Shown here: positions 51,171 to 63,577 of the stretch, piece by piece
Layout of the letters: each line of letters opens with the position of its first letter
Numbering within the stretch: the stretch's first letter is position 1
NCBI GenBank assembly: GCA_017499595.2
Contig: CM038999.1
Span: 1,364,001-1,428,000, forward strand
Length of the DNA: 64,000 nt
Direction: 5' to 3'
DNA from: Psilocybe cubensis
Lineage: Eukaryota
Made by a program: the position numbers and the translations under genes
The notes under the pieces: generated by a model
Told to the model about the DNA's origin: nothing
What the model saw: the letters and a program-made list of their open reading frames with translations, nothing else
Databases searched by the model: none

Positions 51171-54100
51171 ATGGCAACAAGCCACATGTTTTCGGTGTGC
51201 CATTGCCGTGTATGCGACGCGTCGACTAATACTTACCGGGGGACTTTGACCAAATTTGCAGTACAGCAAAAGTGCACGGGCTAGGTGCCACGCACCGCCC
51301 CCATGTCAAGTGGGTGCAGTTATATTTGAATCTACACTTTTCTCACCAGGTACTTAAGAATACCCCATTACCGATTGGGACATTGCGCTATGGGCGAATT
51401 ACTCGCACCGAATCAGGAGAAACAGTCGAATGGCGCCACTGGTACGCATTGACTCAGATAATTCAGTGAATTATTACTTACAAATCTATTGAAAACGTCA
51501 GGGGATGCGTGAATAAGATCATCCTTGCGCAACTGGCAAGTGTATCTTTGGACACCGTAGATGGATTCAAAGCATTGACGTGAGTAACAGTTGTCTTTTA
51601 AACCAACTAAGCTTGATTTCCAGACCGAAACTCTGAATGCTTACCCAGGGCACCGGACCAGCAGAAGATAAGACAAGCAGTATCGATGAGAACTCTTGAC
51701 CCAGCAGATATACCAGCCAGTGCAAAAGCGCCCATCTTGGAAGGAGCTGGGTCTAAGGCGTCTAAGAAAAACGCATCTCAAAGCCGATTGGCGCAAATTT
51801 CTCAAGCGCTGGCCGCTTCTGGATCAAGCCAGAAAAGAACCGCATCCCAAGCTGGATTGAATCGGTTTAATCAAATCCGTCAAGCTTTAGTTGATGTTCC
51901 TTCTCCTTCCATGCCCAGTACTCAACAAGAAGCAGATGAGCCCCCAGAGGAAGAATTCAGAGATGAAATATATTGCAACTTGAACACAAATGTTGTTGGA
52001 ATCCAGTATTATAAGGGTGCGCAGATATATGTCTGTGTGTTGTTTTTGGAAGCTTAATTTTCTTTGACGTTTGATTAGGTCTGGTCGGGCCGGGGGAAGA
52101 AGTTCTATTGGTCCGAGAACCACACAATCCATATGACAAGTAATTGACACTTCAACCGCACAGCAAGTTGTTTCTCTCTGACTTGATGATGTTAGAAATG
52201 CAATCCAAGTGAAGAATATTTCGGGTTTGCAAGTCGGTCATTTACCAAAGAATGTGGCTGCAAAGCTGGCTCCTTTGCTCGATAGACATCAAGTTACAGT
52301 GGAAGGGGTGATTAATGACGGAAACCGTACACAACCTTCTTTTAAATGCTTCTATTTTCATTTCTAATACCTGCTAACAGTTGGCGGTTCAAAGGCCTAC
52401 ACACTTTCCATGTAAGGATCTTTTAATCAAACAAGCAAGCTGATCATGTCCTGACTACGAATTGAAGCACACTAAAGATCTATGGCCTTGCGGACAAGAG
52501 GGCAGAACTCGAGCCTCTATTGGTTTGGGCCACTCCTGGACAGCGCGGATTTCCTTCACGTCGTCCTTCTGAGCCTATCATTGGTGCTGGCCGATCAGCT
52601 GGCCCCATCCCTGTGCCCTTATCATCTCAGTACCAGGCAATACCTTCTTCGTCTCAACAAGGTTCCAGTCATGCTCAGCTAGCCGCCCAGCAAGAAACTA
52701 TCCGCAAGCACAACGAAGCCATTCGAAATGCCGAAGAACTACGACAAACACTAGCCAGTCTTGAGAAGGTTAACGACGAAGGAAGGCGTAGCTCCCTCTT
52801 AGACACATTATGCTTAACTGAAGACGTCCTTAATCTCCCTGTCCATCCTAATCCACCGAGCATTGCGAGCGGCGAGTTGACTGTTGATCTTTTGCGGCAC
52901 CAGGTAACCATAAATTTCCTTCGTCGGCATCGCGATATTAAAACTCTCGCTCTCTTTTTTTTCAAGCTTCAAGCACTTCAATGGTGTATTGCCCATGAAA
53001 ACCCTGTTCTTCCCAAAACTGAAAAGGACAAACCGGTTCAGTTCTGGCAGCTAAGGAAAAGGGGGAATCAAGTCCGGTCAATTCTTCTACTTATATTTAA
53101 CTAATACTGAACCTTGCCCGTGATGCAGACCTACTACTACAACAGTACGTATCCGCTGCTTGATGCTACGCTCACTCAACTGAAAGCTCCTTTCAGTTGC
53201 CACCAAAACACCACAGACTGAACCTCCAGTTCTTGGTAGAGGCGCATTATGTGCAGATGCAATGGTTTAGTTTTTTCTCTTCTTTCATCTTCCCTTCTGA
53301 TGATTTTTTTTCTAGGGCTTGGTAAGTCAACATTCCACAGACACTTGGAGTGGACTAATTTGCACATGTATAGGGTAAAACACTTACAATGTTATCTTTG
53401 GTCCTCGCTACAAAAAAAGAGAAAGATGACGGGTTTTCCAAAACCACTTTGATAGGTAAGAATACCCATTTAGATAACAATCACACACTGACACGCCTCT
53501 ATCAGTTTCTCCTTTATCTGTATTGTCCAACTGGGAAAAACAAATAGCAGATCACTGCAGTCCTGGTGCCCTCTCCGTTTGCACCTATTATGGTGCAAAT
53601 AGAGGAATAAGCCCTGCTGAGTTGCAAAAGTACGATGTGGTAATCACAACGTACCAGACAGTTGCGGGAGAATTTGAAAATAATACCAACGCCAATGGTC
53701 CTATGAAGAAGAAGAGGAAGACAGAATCAACTTTATTTGAAGTTCCTTGGAAGGCTTGTGAACCTTTTCCTTTCAAGAGTTGCTTACTGAACAGATAATA
53801 GAGGGCTATTTTGGACGAAGGGCATAATATTCGCAACCCAAAGACTAAAATGGCTCAGGCAGTCGTTGCGCTTCATGTATCCAGACGTTGGGTGCTGACT
53901 GGTACGCCAATTGTACGTTACGGTTCTAGTACATCGCCTCGTTATTGACTGACCCTTTGCTGGTTCCTTTGTTTAGATCAACTCTCCAAGAGTAATACAT
54001 TTACCCCGTCGTAATATATCCCAATCTCACAATACTTATCGCAGGATCTTGGATCTATCATGTCTTTCTTGCGTATTTGCCGGCCTTTGGACAATGAAGA

Positions 54101-56505
54101 CTTCTACAAGCGCCTCCTTCTCAGGCCACTCAAAAACGGAGAACCCTCTGGGGTCGAACTCCTCCGAGTACGTTTTATGTATACCCCCGCCTCAGACCGT
54201 GTAACGAAAATCTTGTTCTTGGTATATATAATAGGCATTAATGACTCACATCTGCATACGTCGTACAAAAGAAGTGGGTCTCATTATCGCAACATACTAT
54301 TATTTCGTCATGTTAATATTATACAGATGCAAGATAGCACAGGAAAAACAATCATAGAACTTCCACCGGTACGACAAACTATTGTATTTATGGCACCTGC
54401 TTATTTCTATCGATAGGTGGAAATGATCAAGGTCCCTGTTGCACTCAGTAAAGAAGCAAGAGTGAGCATCCAGAAATTATTCAAACTAGTACAAATTTAA
54501 ACATGCATGTAGGAACTATACGATGAAGTCGAAGAAATTTCGAAGCAACGCCTCGAAAATGCATTAAGGGCAGGAATGAACGCCGGAGTACGTTTTTCAA
54601 ACCCTGACCCGCAAGTTGTTCTAGGTACTAATTTCTTTGGCAGGTTCAACATACTGTTCTGAGTATGCTGACTCGTATGCGACAAATCGCTCTACACCCT
54701 GGTCTCGTCCCGGCAAATTATCTAGAGCAACTTAGAGCTGCTGATACCAGCGAATATCCCACGCAACATGCCATGGCCATCACGCCTGAAGAGAAGTTCA
54801 AGCTCCAACAACTCCTAGTGGAAGCCATTGAAAACAGTGAAGAATGTCCCATCTGCTTCGGAGTTCTTCCAAATGATGCTCGCATAACTACTTGCGCGCA
54901 CATGTTCTGCCTCGCTTGGTACGCCAGGTCTTCCCAAAATATGATACAATCGCCAACGATTTTTGCTCAATAGTATCACTGAAATTATTTCTCGAGATCC
55001 CAAATGTCCTATGGTTGGTGGTTTATTGTTCGATTTTATGTTTATTTCCTGATTTTTCTTTGATAGGACCGTCGTTTTCTGACAATGGCCGACTTACATG
55101 AGCCTTTACCACCCACGGATCTGACTCAAAAACCTACCAAGGTTTCTGAGGAACCAGAAGGCATCCGCGCAGGATCCTCTGCCAAAACTGAACAACTTGT
55201 TCATCTTCTCCAACTTACACCGGCTACGGAAAAGTCACTCGTCTTCTCTCAATTTACTTCCTTTTTGGACAAGGTGAGGAGTGATGTATTTGTTCCCAAA
55301 ACTATTTGTCTCAAGTCACTGCAGATCGCCGAAACGCTCGAAGAACATGGGTAAGAATAACTTTTTCCGCAATTATCCAATTTTCATTTCCTTTATATAT
55401 ATTTCAGAATTCCTTACGTCCGATTTGATGGTCAAATGTCAGCGAAGAGACGACAAGAAGCGATTGCGAGGTTCTCAGTCCCTGTTGTAGAGGAGCCACT
55501 AGTTCCTGAAGCCCCGATACCTGAGCATCGCCCACGACGTGCTGCTACTTCTACTAAAGTTGCTGAAGCCAATTGCGTAGACCAAGATGGCGATGATAGC
55601 GAGTTTATTGTGAGTGATAACGACGTCGCATCTGATGAGTCGGACGATATGGAGGACGTCCAAATTTCGAAGAAGTCAAAGGGTAAAGGCAAGCAGAAGG
55701 CAAAAGAATTTACCTCACCTTTGGAACAAGAGGAAAATCCCCGCGTTATGCTTTTGTCCTTGAAAGCGGTATGTCGCTTTGTCCCTGCTGTGTTTTCTGA
55801 CTAACAATTATAATCAGGGTGCTCTTGGTCTGAACTTGACTGGTACGCTGGTTTACTGTGTTGATTATGCATGCATGGTGATAACACATTCTTTGCTTTG
55901 AGTAGTGGCTAACAATGTGTATCTGTGAGTTTTGTTGTTACATTGTTTGCTACTTTTACCCTATACTTACATCAACACCAGGATGGACCCGTAAGTCTTG
56001 TTTTCGGCCTAACTCTGGTGTTGAAATCTCAACTCGCCTCCCTAATGTTATTGTAGGTGGTGGCAGGTAATATGAACGTAGTCTGTCTTTTCAATTCTCA
56101 TTCTTACGAGATTTCAACTTTCTACAGGAGGGTATTGAAAGTCAAGCAGTGGACAGGGTCAATCGCATTGGCCAGACCAAACCTGTCCATGTCTATCAGC
56201 TCATTGCGGAGAATACGGTCGAATCTAAAGTTCTGGAAATTCAGGAAAAAAAGAAGGCACTCATTCAGCAGGTGAGCTAGATCATATTCGTTTTCATTAA
56301 TTCTCGGTAAACGCTTATTTTATTCCTAGGCATTCTCTGGCATCAAGCGGACCGAAACCCAAAGGCAACAAAGAGAAGCTAGATTGCAAGGTGACTTTAT
56401 TCTGTTATTTCGTAGAAGGAGGGTGTTGAGTTTTCCATCGATTCAGATCTTGTAGAGCTCTTCGGTCTGAGAGCCAGTCAAATTCAGCCATCCTTGTCGC
56501 ATTGA
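51171..56505 (+). CDS. Rad5/HLTF-like SNF2 helicase-E3 ligase (zf-PARP-like + HIRAN + SNF2_N + RING + Helicase_C), highly intron-rich
   Basis: HIRAN ([28 protein letters not shown]), Walker [69 protein letters not shown] and [22 protein letters not shown]. Confidence 0.9.
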
Positions 56506-56874
56506 GTTTGCCTATGCTAAAAACGTTTAATGACAACACCTTACAGTAGCCGTCCTGTCTAAATCATAAATTGCAACTGACGACTCGGTGTAGAGCGCAC
56601 AAGGCCTATCATACTAATTTGCACACTGCAATGTATATTAAAGCCTTCGTTAGTATAAGTATTAATAGCATGTTATACTGTATCCCACAATATAAAGAAA
56701 ATAAACCACATCGCGTAGTAAGACTATTGACATGACTACACTGTCGCTCTCTGTGTATTTGCGTTATATTACAAGTTGATGCGATAGACCGGAATCCTCG
56801 GATTATTTAAATTCCCATTCTTACAAGCTACCACCACTACCGATAGACTTCGATAACCACTTCTTCTCAAAACA

Positions 56875-57501
56875 ATGCCTCAGCACACAGTAACTTTGCA
56901 ATCTCCATGGAAAAGGATTAGACTCGTTCCACCTACTGCCAGTGATGATGAAATTGTTTCCATATGCCGAACGCATCCAACAACACGCCAATTTTTGCAG
57001 TTTTTGCCTGAACACATGACCGCAGAAGAGGCCGGCAATCGACGCGAAACTCGAGCTGAAGATAAACGCATCATGGATTTCCATGTCCACTTCACCGAGA
57101 ATGGTTTGACTCGATTTGCAGGCATGACTGGTTATTTTAATCTCGACGAGGGCAATGAATCCTGTGAAGTCGGAATGCTCATCATGCCAGATCTACACGG
57201 CAAAAATCTCGCGACAGAAGTTTTCTACACTATACTGCAATATATATTCGAAGTCAGGAATTTGCATCGAGTAACATTCGAGACAGCAGCCGACAATTTG
57301 GCAATGCGTTCTTGGTTCGAAAAGATTGCTGGTGCGCGATTAGAAGCAGAGAGGAGAGAGGTCTGGAAATATCCTTCCGGTAATTTTGTCGACGTAAAAG
57401 GATATGCCATCCTGGAGTGGGAGTGGAGAAATCACATTAAATCCCGCCTCGAAGAGCGTTTAAAAGGAATTTCTAAACCGAACAACATGGACGCTGCTTA
57501 A
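56875..57501 (+). CDS. GNAT acetyltransferase, RimJ/RimL (Acetyltransf_3)-like; intronless
   Basis: Single 208-aa ORF with EVGMLIMPDLHGKNLATE, LHRVTFET and DNLAMRSWFEK. Confidence 0.85.
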   Translation: MPQHTVTLQSPWKRIRLVPPTASDDEIVSICRTHPTTRQFLQFLPEHMTAEEAGNRRETRAEDKRIMDFHVHFTENGLTRFAGMTGYFNLDEGNESCEVGMLIMPDLHGKNLATEVFYTILQYIFEVRNLHRVTFETAADNLAMRSWFEKIAGARLEAERREVWKYPSGNFVDVKGYAILEWEWRNHIKSRLEERLKGISKPNNMDAA

Positions 57502-57681
57502 AATACCTGGAGTGTGGTACAAATGCACTATTGCAAAGAGCAAGTAATCCAATCATTGCGGAAGTTCCGAAAATTGAAAGACCTTGAGCCTCTTTTTTGC
57601 CAGGCTAATGTACAGTATTGTATACACTTGACATGTCAAGGCGTCCCCATATGATGATATAAGATCGTATATGGTATCTAG

Positions 57682-58510
57682 TTATCCTTGAATCTGGAAA
57701 GACGATGAGACAATAAAGTTGATATGAGTGTAAGGGATACTTACCGCTGTCAGGTACGATTCAGCAACAATACGCGCTCTGGCATTCAGACTTAGTTTCA
57801 TCTCGCTGATTTCCTTATCGACCTCCTCCATGAATCTAAAAATGACGTTAACTTTAAAAACATTGAGCTCGCAGATGGAACATACTGAATGATGAAATCG
57901 ACAATTTTGTGTTTAAGCATGGTCTCCGTATGTGTATTGGTTATCAAGAATGAGATGTCATAACCCTAAACCACTTTGAGCATGAACAAACGAACATGCA
58001 GAGTAAAGGTATACCACGCACCGCTACTGGTTTCCGCCGCAGCACAATGAAGCTCTCAGCTCTCTGCATCATGAAACGGGTAAATTTGTTGCATAAAATT
58101 CGTTCAATTTCATCCGCCTGTTTGATCTTGATGCTTAATCTTATCGAGTTGACTGAAGGCTCAATCAGGACGCGTTCGTTTTCATTTCGCGATATTGTAA
58201 GGGGGTTGAGGAGGACTTCCTTAGAGGACCTAAGGTGTTTGTAAGTCAGATCAACATGCTAGGGAGTAATTCCAAAATCATACGCGGATTCGACTTCCGG
58301 TTTATTGTGTCGTTCCACAACCTGACAATAGGAGCTGATTACAACGGTTCGCTGGTATTAAGGTAGAAATGCGTTACCTGCGAGCCAAAGTTCTCCAAGG
58401 TTAGAGCAGCTGTTAGAGTTGATCTAACCGCGGCAAGATATGGTCTTAAAACGTTCGACTGAAATCGGTGTTATTCTGTGGCTCTATAGACTGGCGATTA
58501 TGCTCACCAT
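57682..58510 (-). CDS. ARC19: Arp2/3 complex subunit 4 (p20); absent from the ORF track
   Basis: ATG-only first coding exon (58510-58508), then [82 protein letters not shown] and [14 protein letters not shown]. The last exon is tentative. Confidence 0.93.
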
Positions 58511-58669
58511 GGCAGAGGGGTTTAGGTACTTCCCCTTTGCAGTACCAGTGACGGCACTTGTGATCAGGAAGCGGAGTTTCGGCATTTCCCGTTACCAAAC
58601 GCGCACACTTGGTTGAAAGAAAAAAAATCTTAAAAGCACAGTTCAAAGCCCACTCATTCTCATACCGCA

Positions 58670-60126
58670 ATGTCTGTTGTTCTTGGTTTATGGTACGTCG
58701 TTACGTGTCGATACCTACCTGCTACTTATTATACTGCAGGCACTTGACCCTCGAAGGAGGAAAAGAAAAAACCTTCCAAACTCCTGCCAATGTTCAGATC
58801 ACGAACGCCGCTTTCGGCGAAGAAATTGCTGAAGAGACCAGAACTGTTGTAAAACTTACCTTCGACACCCTCAATACATCTTTTGAAAGCGATGATGAGG
58901 ATGAGGAGGAGGAGAAGCCTAGCGACACCACTACCACCGTTTTGTGCTCCTTGATTCCCGGAAAGGTATGTTCATTGATTCTGGTCCAACGAAAGGAACC
59001 AACTAGTTTTGCTGTCTAGGTAGAGCAAGCGAATATCAACTTGACTCTGGACAGTGAGGGGGTCTACACTTTCCAAGCCACAGGAAAGAAGTGAGTTAAT
59101 TCGTTATGATGACTTTTCACGAGCTTATAAAAATGTTTTATAAAGCACTGTCTACCTTACTGGCAACTACATCAGTATGTCCACTCTGTATGTTCAATAT
59201 TGTTTTTTGACATATATTTAGGGCAACTTGGTGACGATGAAGAACCGTCTGACGATGAAGATTTCTCAGACGAGGAGGGGTATGATTTGCGCGACGTCAG
59301 CTCCGATGTTGAGATGCACCCAGATGATCTCGAGGACCTTGAGAGTGATGCTAGGTAAATGTCCCTTACTATTTTGCTAGCTGATACTTATGTGCCCGAG
59401 CAGCCGATTCGAAGAAGTTGTTGAGGAGCCTGTCAAAGCTTCCAAGCGCCCTCGTGATTCGGACGCCAAGGAGCCTGAAGCCTCCAAGAAGGCAAGCAAA
59501 AAGCTGAAGGCTGAAGGAGGAAAAGCTGTTGAGGCTGAAGCCCCAAAGGAGGAAAAGAAGGAGAAAAAACAAAAGGAGAAAAAGGAGAAAAAGGACGAGA
59601 AACCTACGGAGGTGAAGGAGAAAAAAGAAAAATTCGCTAAGAAAACTATCGCAGGAGGCGTTGTCATACAGGATGCAAAAGTCGGAACCGGCCCTATGGC
59701 GAAGAAGGGAAATACCGTTCGCATGCGCTACGTTGGCAAGTTGACAAATGGAAAAGAGTTCGACAAGAACGTCAGTGGCAAGCCTGTAAGTCCATATCTT
59801 AAGTCACTTTAAAATACAATTATTCACGGTACTTCAGTTCACGTTCCATCTTGGAAAAGGCGAAGTCATTAAAGGTTAGATTATTTTCTCCTCTATATCT
59901 ATTTTGTATTCATTCTTATAGGTTGGGATGAGGGTATCGTTGGAATGCAGGTAGGAGGAGAGCGCATTTTAACCATCCCTCCCGCCATGGGCTACGGTTC
60001 GAAGAAACAAGATGTTATCCCAGCAAACTCTACACTCATCTTCGGTTGGTCTTATTCTGCTCTGCACTTCTTCTCATCTCACTTACAGAACAACCAACAG
60101 AGGTCAAGCTCCTCGAAATCAAGTAA
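58670..60126 (+). CDS. FPR4: Nucleoplasmin-domain FKBP-type peptidyl-prolyl isomerase (Fpr3/Fpr4/FKBP39)
   Basis: NPL domain ([18 protein letters not shown]), acidic and Lys-rich linkers, and an FKBP domain [14 protein letters not shown]...GEVIKGWDEG...[15 protein letters not shown]...EVKLLEIK*. Confidence 0.9.
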
Positions 60127-60689
60127 TATATTGCTTCAAAAGTATCATCATATACATATTTTTTGCTGAATCTCATACCCATGTAATTTTGTATCGGGGA
60201 ATAGGATTCTTCGTTCGATTGCATTGTTCCGTAGCCGCTCATTAAGTTCTACCGTTGGCCCGCTGACTAAATCCTTTTACTAATAACACGACTCCATTTT
60301 CCCGCCTGTGATCTTAGGACTCAAGAATTGTAGTCATGTGTTAGCCCTTGTAAGTGATAAATAGTCTCAGCTGCTCGAAGCTGACTCGACTTTTGTGTCC
60401 CCTTCAAGGCGCAGAATCTTGGTCGTATATTTGACTTGCCTTGAGGCTAATAGCCTATCCATAAATATAGTACTACGCAAGTTTATTTCAGGTCGTTCTC
60501 AGTCGTTCTGGGTATGTTGTTAGCATATGTCATCAGTGAAGATCGATTCGCTGCGAGAATCTTGCCAAATCGGGATTACTTGACCACGCGCTAGACATTG
60601 GTTTCCCTCTCACAATTACCATATAAAAGCACGACTTTAAGCATGTAATGTTAGACCACTGTTTTCGGCCCTCGACACACTATCGACCC

Positions 60690-63191
60690 ATGCATGGGAC
60701 CCATTTGCTTGTTTTTTCTTTTGTCGCTGTCTATGTCTGCAGAAAGTTGTTGAACCTCTGGAAAGCTGGTCAATCAGTCCAGTTTGTCTTCTATTCTAAA
60801 CAGTGACATTGCCGATTGATAATCTCTTGCATACTACAGCAACTTTCCAGGCAAACGGCTGATTCTAAACCCTCTCTTTAATAATTTTGTCCCGAAGATT
60901 AGAGGCATATCGGACGGACAAAATTCGTTGTTTAATGCGAAGCACACTTGTTAGTCTTCTTTCGGGTTATTTTACAAAAGAAGTACTAAAATGCAACGCC
61001 ATAATTAGATTTCGACTATGTGGGCTGGGATGCCTATACCTCCGTTAGTCAATAATCAATGTCTTGAACCCTGCGTCGCATTTATGTCATGTTCTGCTCG
61101 GTAGATATCCCTTTGGCCAAACACTCGGACTATGGTTGTACTTGCAGATGCAGCCGCTATCAAGGTCAAATGCACAGTGTGAATGTTGTTATGAAATATT
61201 GAACAAATGGTTTACAGGAAATAACGTTATCTCGTGCGAGATTTCCTAAACCAGTCCATCACTACAAAACCCTTTCATTCTACGGCAAAAACATCGTAGC
61301 TTCAGAGGGCGAGGAGTGGAAGAAATACAGGAAAATATCGGCACCGGCTTTTTCAGATGTCAGACTTTACCTCCTGAAAGAATGATATTCATCTAACGCA
61401 AATCTCAGCGCAACAACAAGCTTGTCTGGGACTCTAGTATCAAAATTGTAGAAGGGCTTTTCAATGACGTATGGGGTAAACGCGATGTAATAGAGGTTGA
61501 CCATTGTGTGGACATCACACTTCCTGTAACAAATATTTCTCAACCTAGTCCGCACCTCTGTTATTCATCGACGGTTTTAGATTGCGCTGTTTGTTATAGG
61601 TGCAGCAGGTAATTTCCTTTCAACCATCTCATCATTAGTTTCAGTATGCATCGACATTTAGGTTTCGGAAGAAGCATTTCATGGAAAGAAGATGCAGTTA
61701 TTCCTCCTGGACATTCAATGACCTTCAAAGACGCTCTTCACGTGGTCACTGTTGAGATCTTCCTTAAAATCATTCTGCCCGACTGGGCGATGGGTCTCAC
61801 TAAGCGATTAAGAAGAGCCAGGTTAGCCTTCGAGGAATTGAGAGTACGTTCAAATTGTGTTTCTGAAATTTTATTGTGATTATCTTAATCAAATTCATTT
61901 GGACAGTCTTACATGGTCGAAATGATTAGAGACCGACAAAAGGCTGAAAAGGCTGAGCGTCACGACTTATTCAGCAGCCTTCTGGCAGCAAATGACCACA
62001 CGTTAGACGCATCGACATTAACAGAAAGCGAGCTTATTGGTAAGTGTCCTTCATTTAATTGATAACCCGATGTGTTTGATCATTTGCTCTGCTTGTGCCC
62101 TTACAACAAGGTAATATATATATATTCTTGGTCGCAGGACATGAGGTAAGCGTATATGCCGCATCTTCCTAATGAAAACGTTTACCTTCAGTTCAATAGA
62201 CTACAGCACACACGCTATGCTTCACATTTGCTCTGTTGGCGTTATATCCCGACGAACAGGAAAAATTGGTCGAACATATACGTTCCATCCTTCCAAACGG
62301 TCAAAGCCCGGTATCTATTCTTGAGTACCCCTTAGCACAACATCTGCTTAAATTTCTTGTCAACAGACATATGAAGATATGCCTTTGTTGACTTACTCTA
62401 TGGCGTAGGTCTTGATTAGTATCTTCGTTTTACAATGTTTTGACTCTATATACAGCGTGTTCTATGAGACTTTGAGGATGTTCCCTCCTGTTTGTTATCA
62501 GTTCATTAAACTAGTCTTTATCCCAGTGTTCTAATGTCCTTCAGGTCACCGGTATTCCCAAAGAGGCAGCAGAAGATACAACTATTACTGTTGGTAACAA
62601 AAAAGGCGAACAGACGACAATTCCTATTCCCAAAGGGGCCGACCTCACGTTATCCACTGTTGGATTACATTACAACCGTAAGTCCTTTTAATCAATTAAG
62701 GTTTCCAACACAATACTAAATTACACTTTAAACAGCGAGATACTGGCATGATCCAGACTCATTTAAACCATCACGTTTTCTGGGTGACTGGCCGCGCGAT
62801 GCATTCATACCTTTTAGTAGTGGTATGTCCTCAATTAAAGTTTGTTATACTGGTCAAGCTGATGCAATTCAGGTGCACGCGCTTGCATTGGCAGAAAGTG
62901 AGTGTAACTAATCGCTTACATTCTTCGTTAAGCATCTTAACCATTATGAATCAGATTCTTCGAAACCGAAGGCATAGCCATATTAACCATGCTCGTCTCG
63001 CATTACAAGATAGCTATCAAAGAAGAACCTCAGTTCGCTTCCGAGTCCTTTGAACAACGCAAAGCTCGAGTGCTTTCATGTCGTGCAGGGCTTACTGTGA
63101 CGTAAGTATTCTCCACGTTTTCTTTCTTCCCATGTCTGAAGCCCATTTCAGTCCTATCCGTGTTCCTCTTACTTTCACGCGACGGATATAG
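60690..63191 (+). CDS. Cytochrome P450 monooxygenase with many short exons; family not assigned
   Basis: N-terminal TM, WKKYRK, I-helix AGHETT, ExxR (ETLR), PSRF and heme motif FSSGARACIG. Ends VPLTFTRRI*. Confidence 0.92.
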
Positions 63192-63528
63192 TCAAAGAAC
63201 CGCACCTTTTTGCTCCTGTCAATCTTTTAGAGTAATACACTACTTAGTGGTGCTTTTATGGTCAATGTATGCAATGTATACCACCCATTTGGGGTCTCAC
63301 TGTCGTCTTCATCCTTTTGCACAACTACGGTGACAATAATCATTACTACATCATGGAAATCGTAATATATTATTGTTAATTCGAACCTCTGCGTCTGGTT
63401 GCATTAATATTATCATTGTAGAAACCAACAGCAATGGAGGCAATTTCTTGAAAGCTATACATTTTTGCGCATCGATTCGTCTGAGTCGGAGGTACGTTAG
63501 AGCCTCGATTTGTCAATTGGACATACGG

Positions 63529-63577
63529 CGACGCGTCAAAGCGCGTCGGACACGTGACTAAACAAATTGACGCGTCG
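63529..63577. promoter_or_regulatory. Cluster of MCB-like (ACGCGT) and E-box (CACGTG) sites inside an 11-bp inverted repeat
   Basis: CGACGCGTCAA (63529-63539) and TTGACGCGTCG (63567-63577) enclose GCGCGT, CACGTGA and TAAACAAA. Confidence 0.45.

Noticed and set aside
50944..51180. N-terminal extension of SCS3 in the ORF track (similarly 47061-47138 for wee1)
   Set aside because: It begins at a non-ATG codon and spans promoter DNA; downstream ATGs fit better.
57961..57970. Telomere-like TAACCCTAAA
   Set aside because: It is a single copy and simply the intron-exon junction of ARC19.
60271..60285. CCTTTTACTA resembling U5 snRNA loop I
   Set aside because: There is no flanking stem or Sm site.
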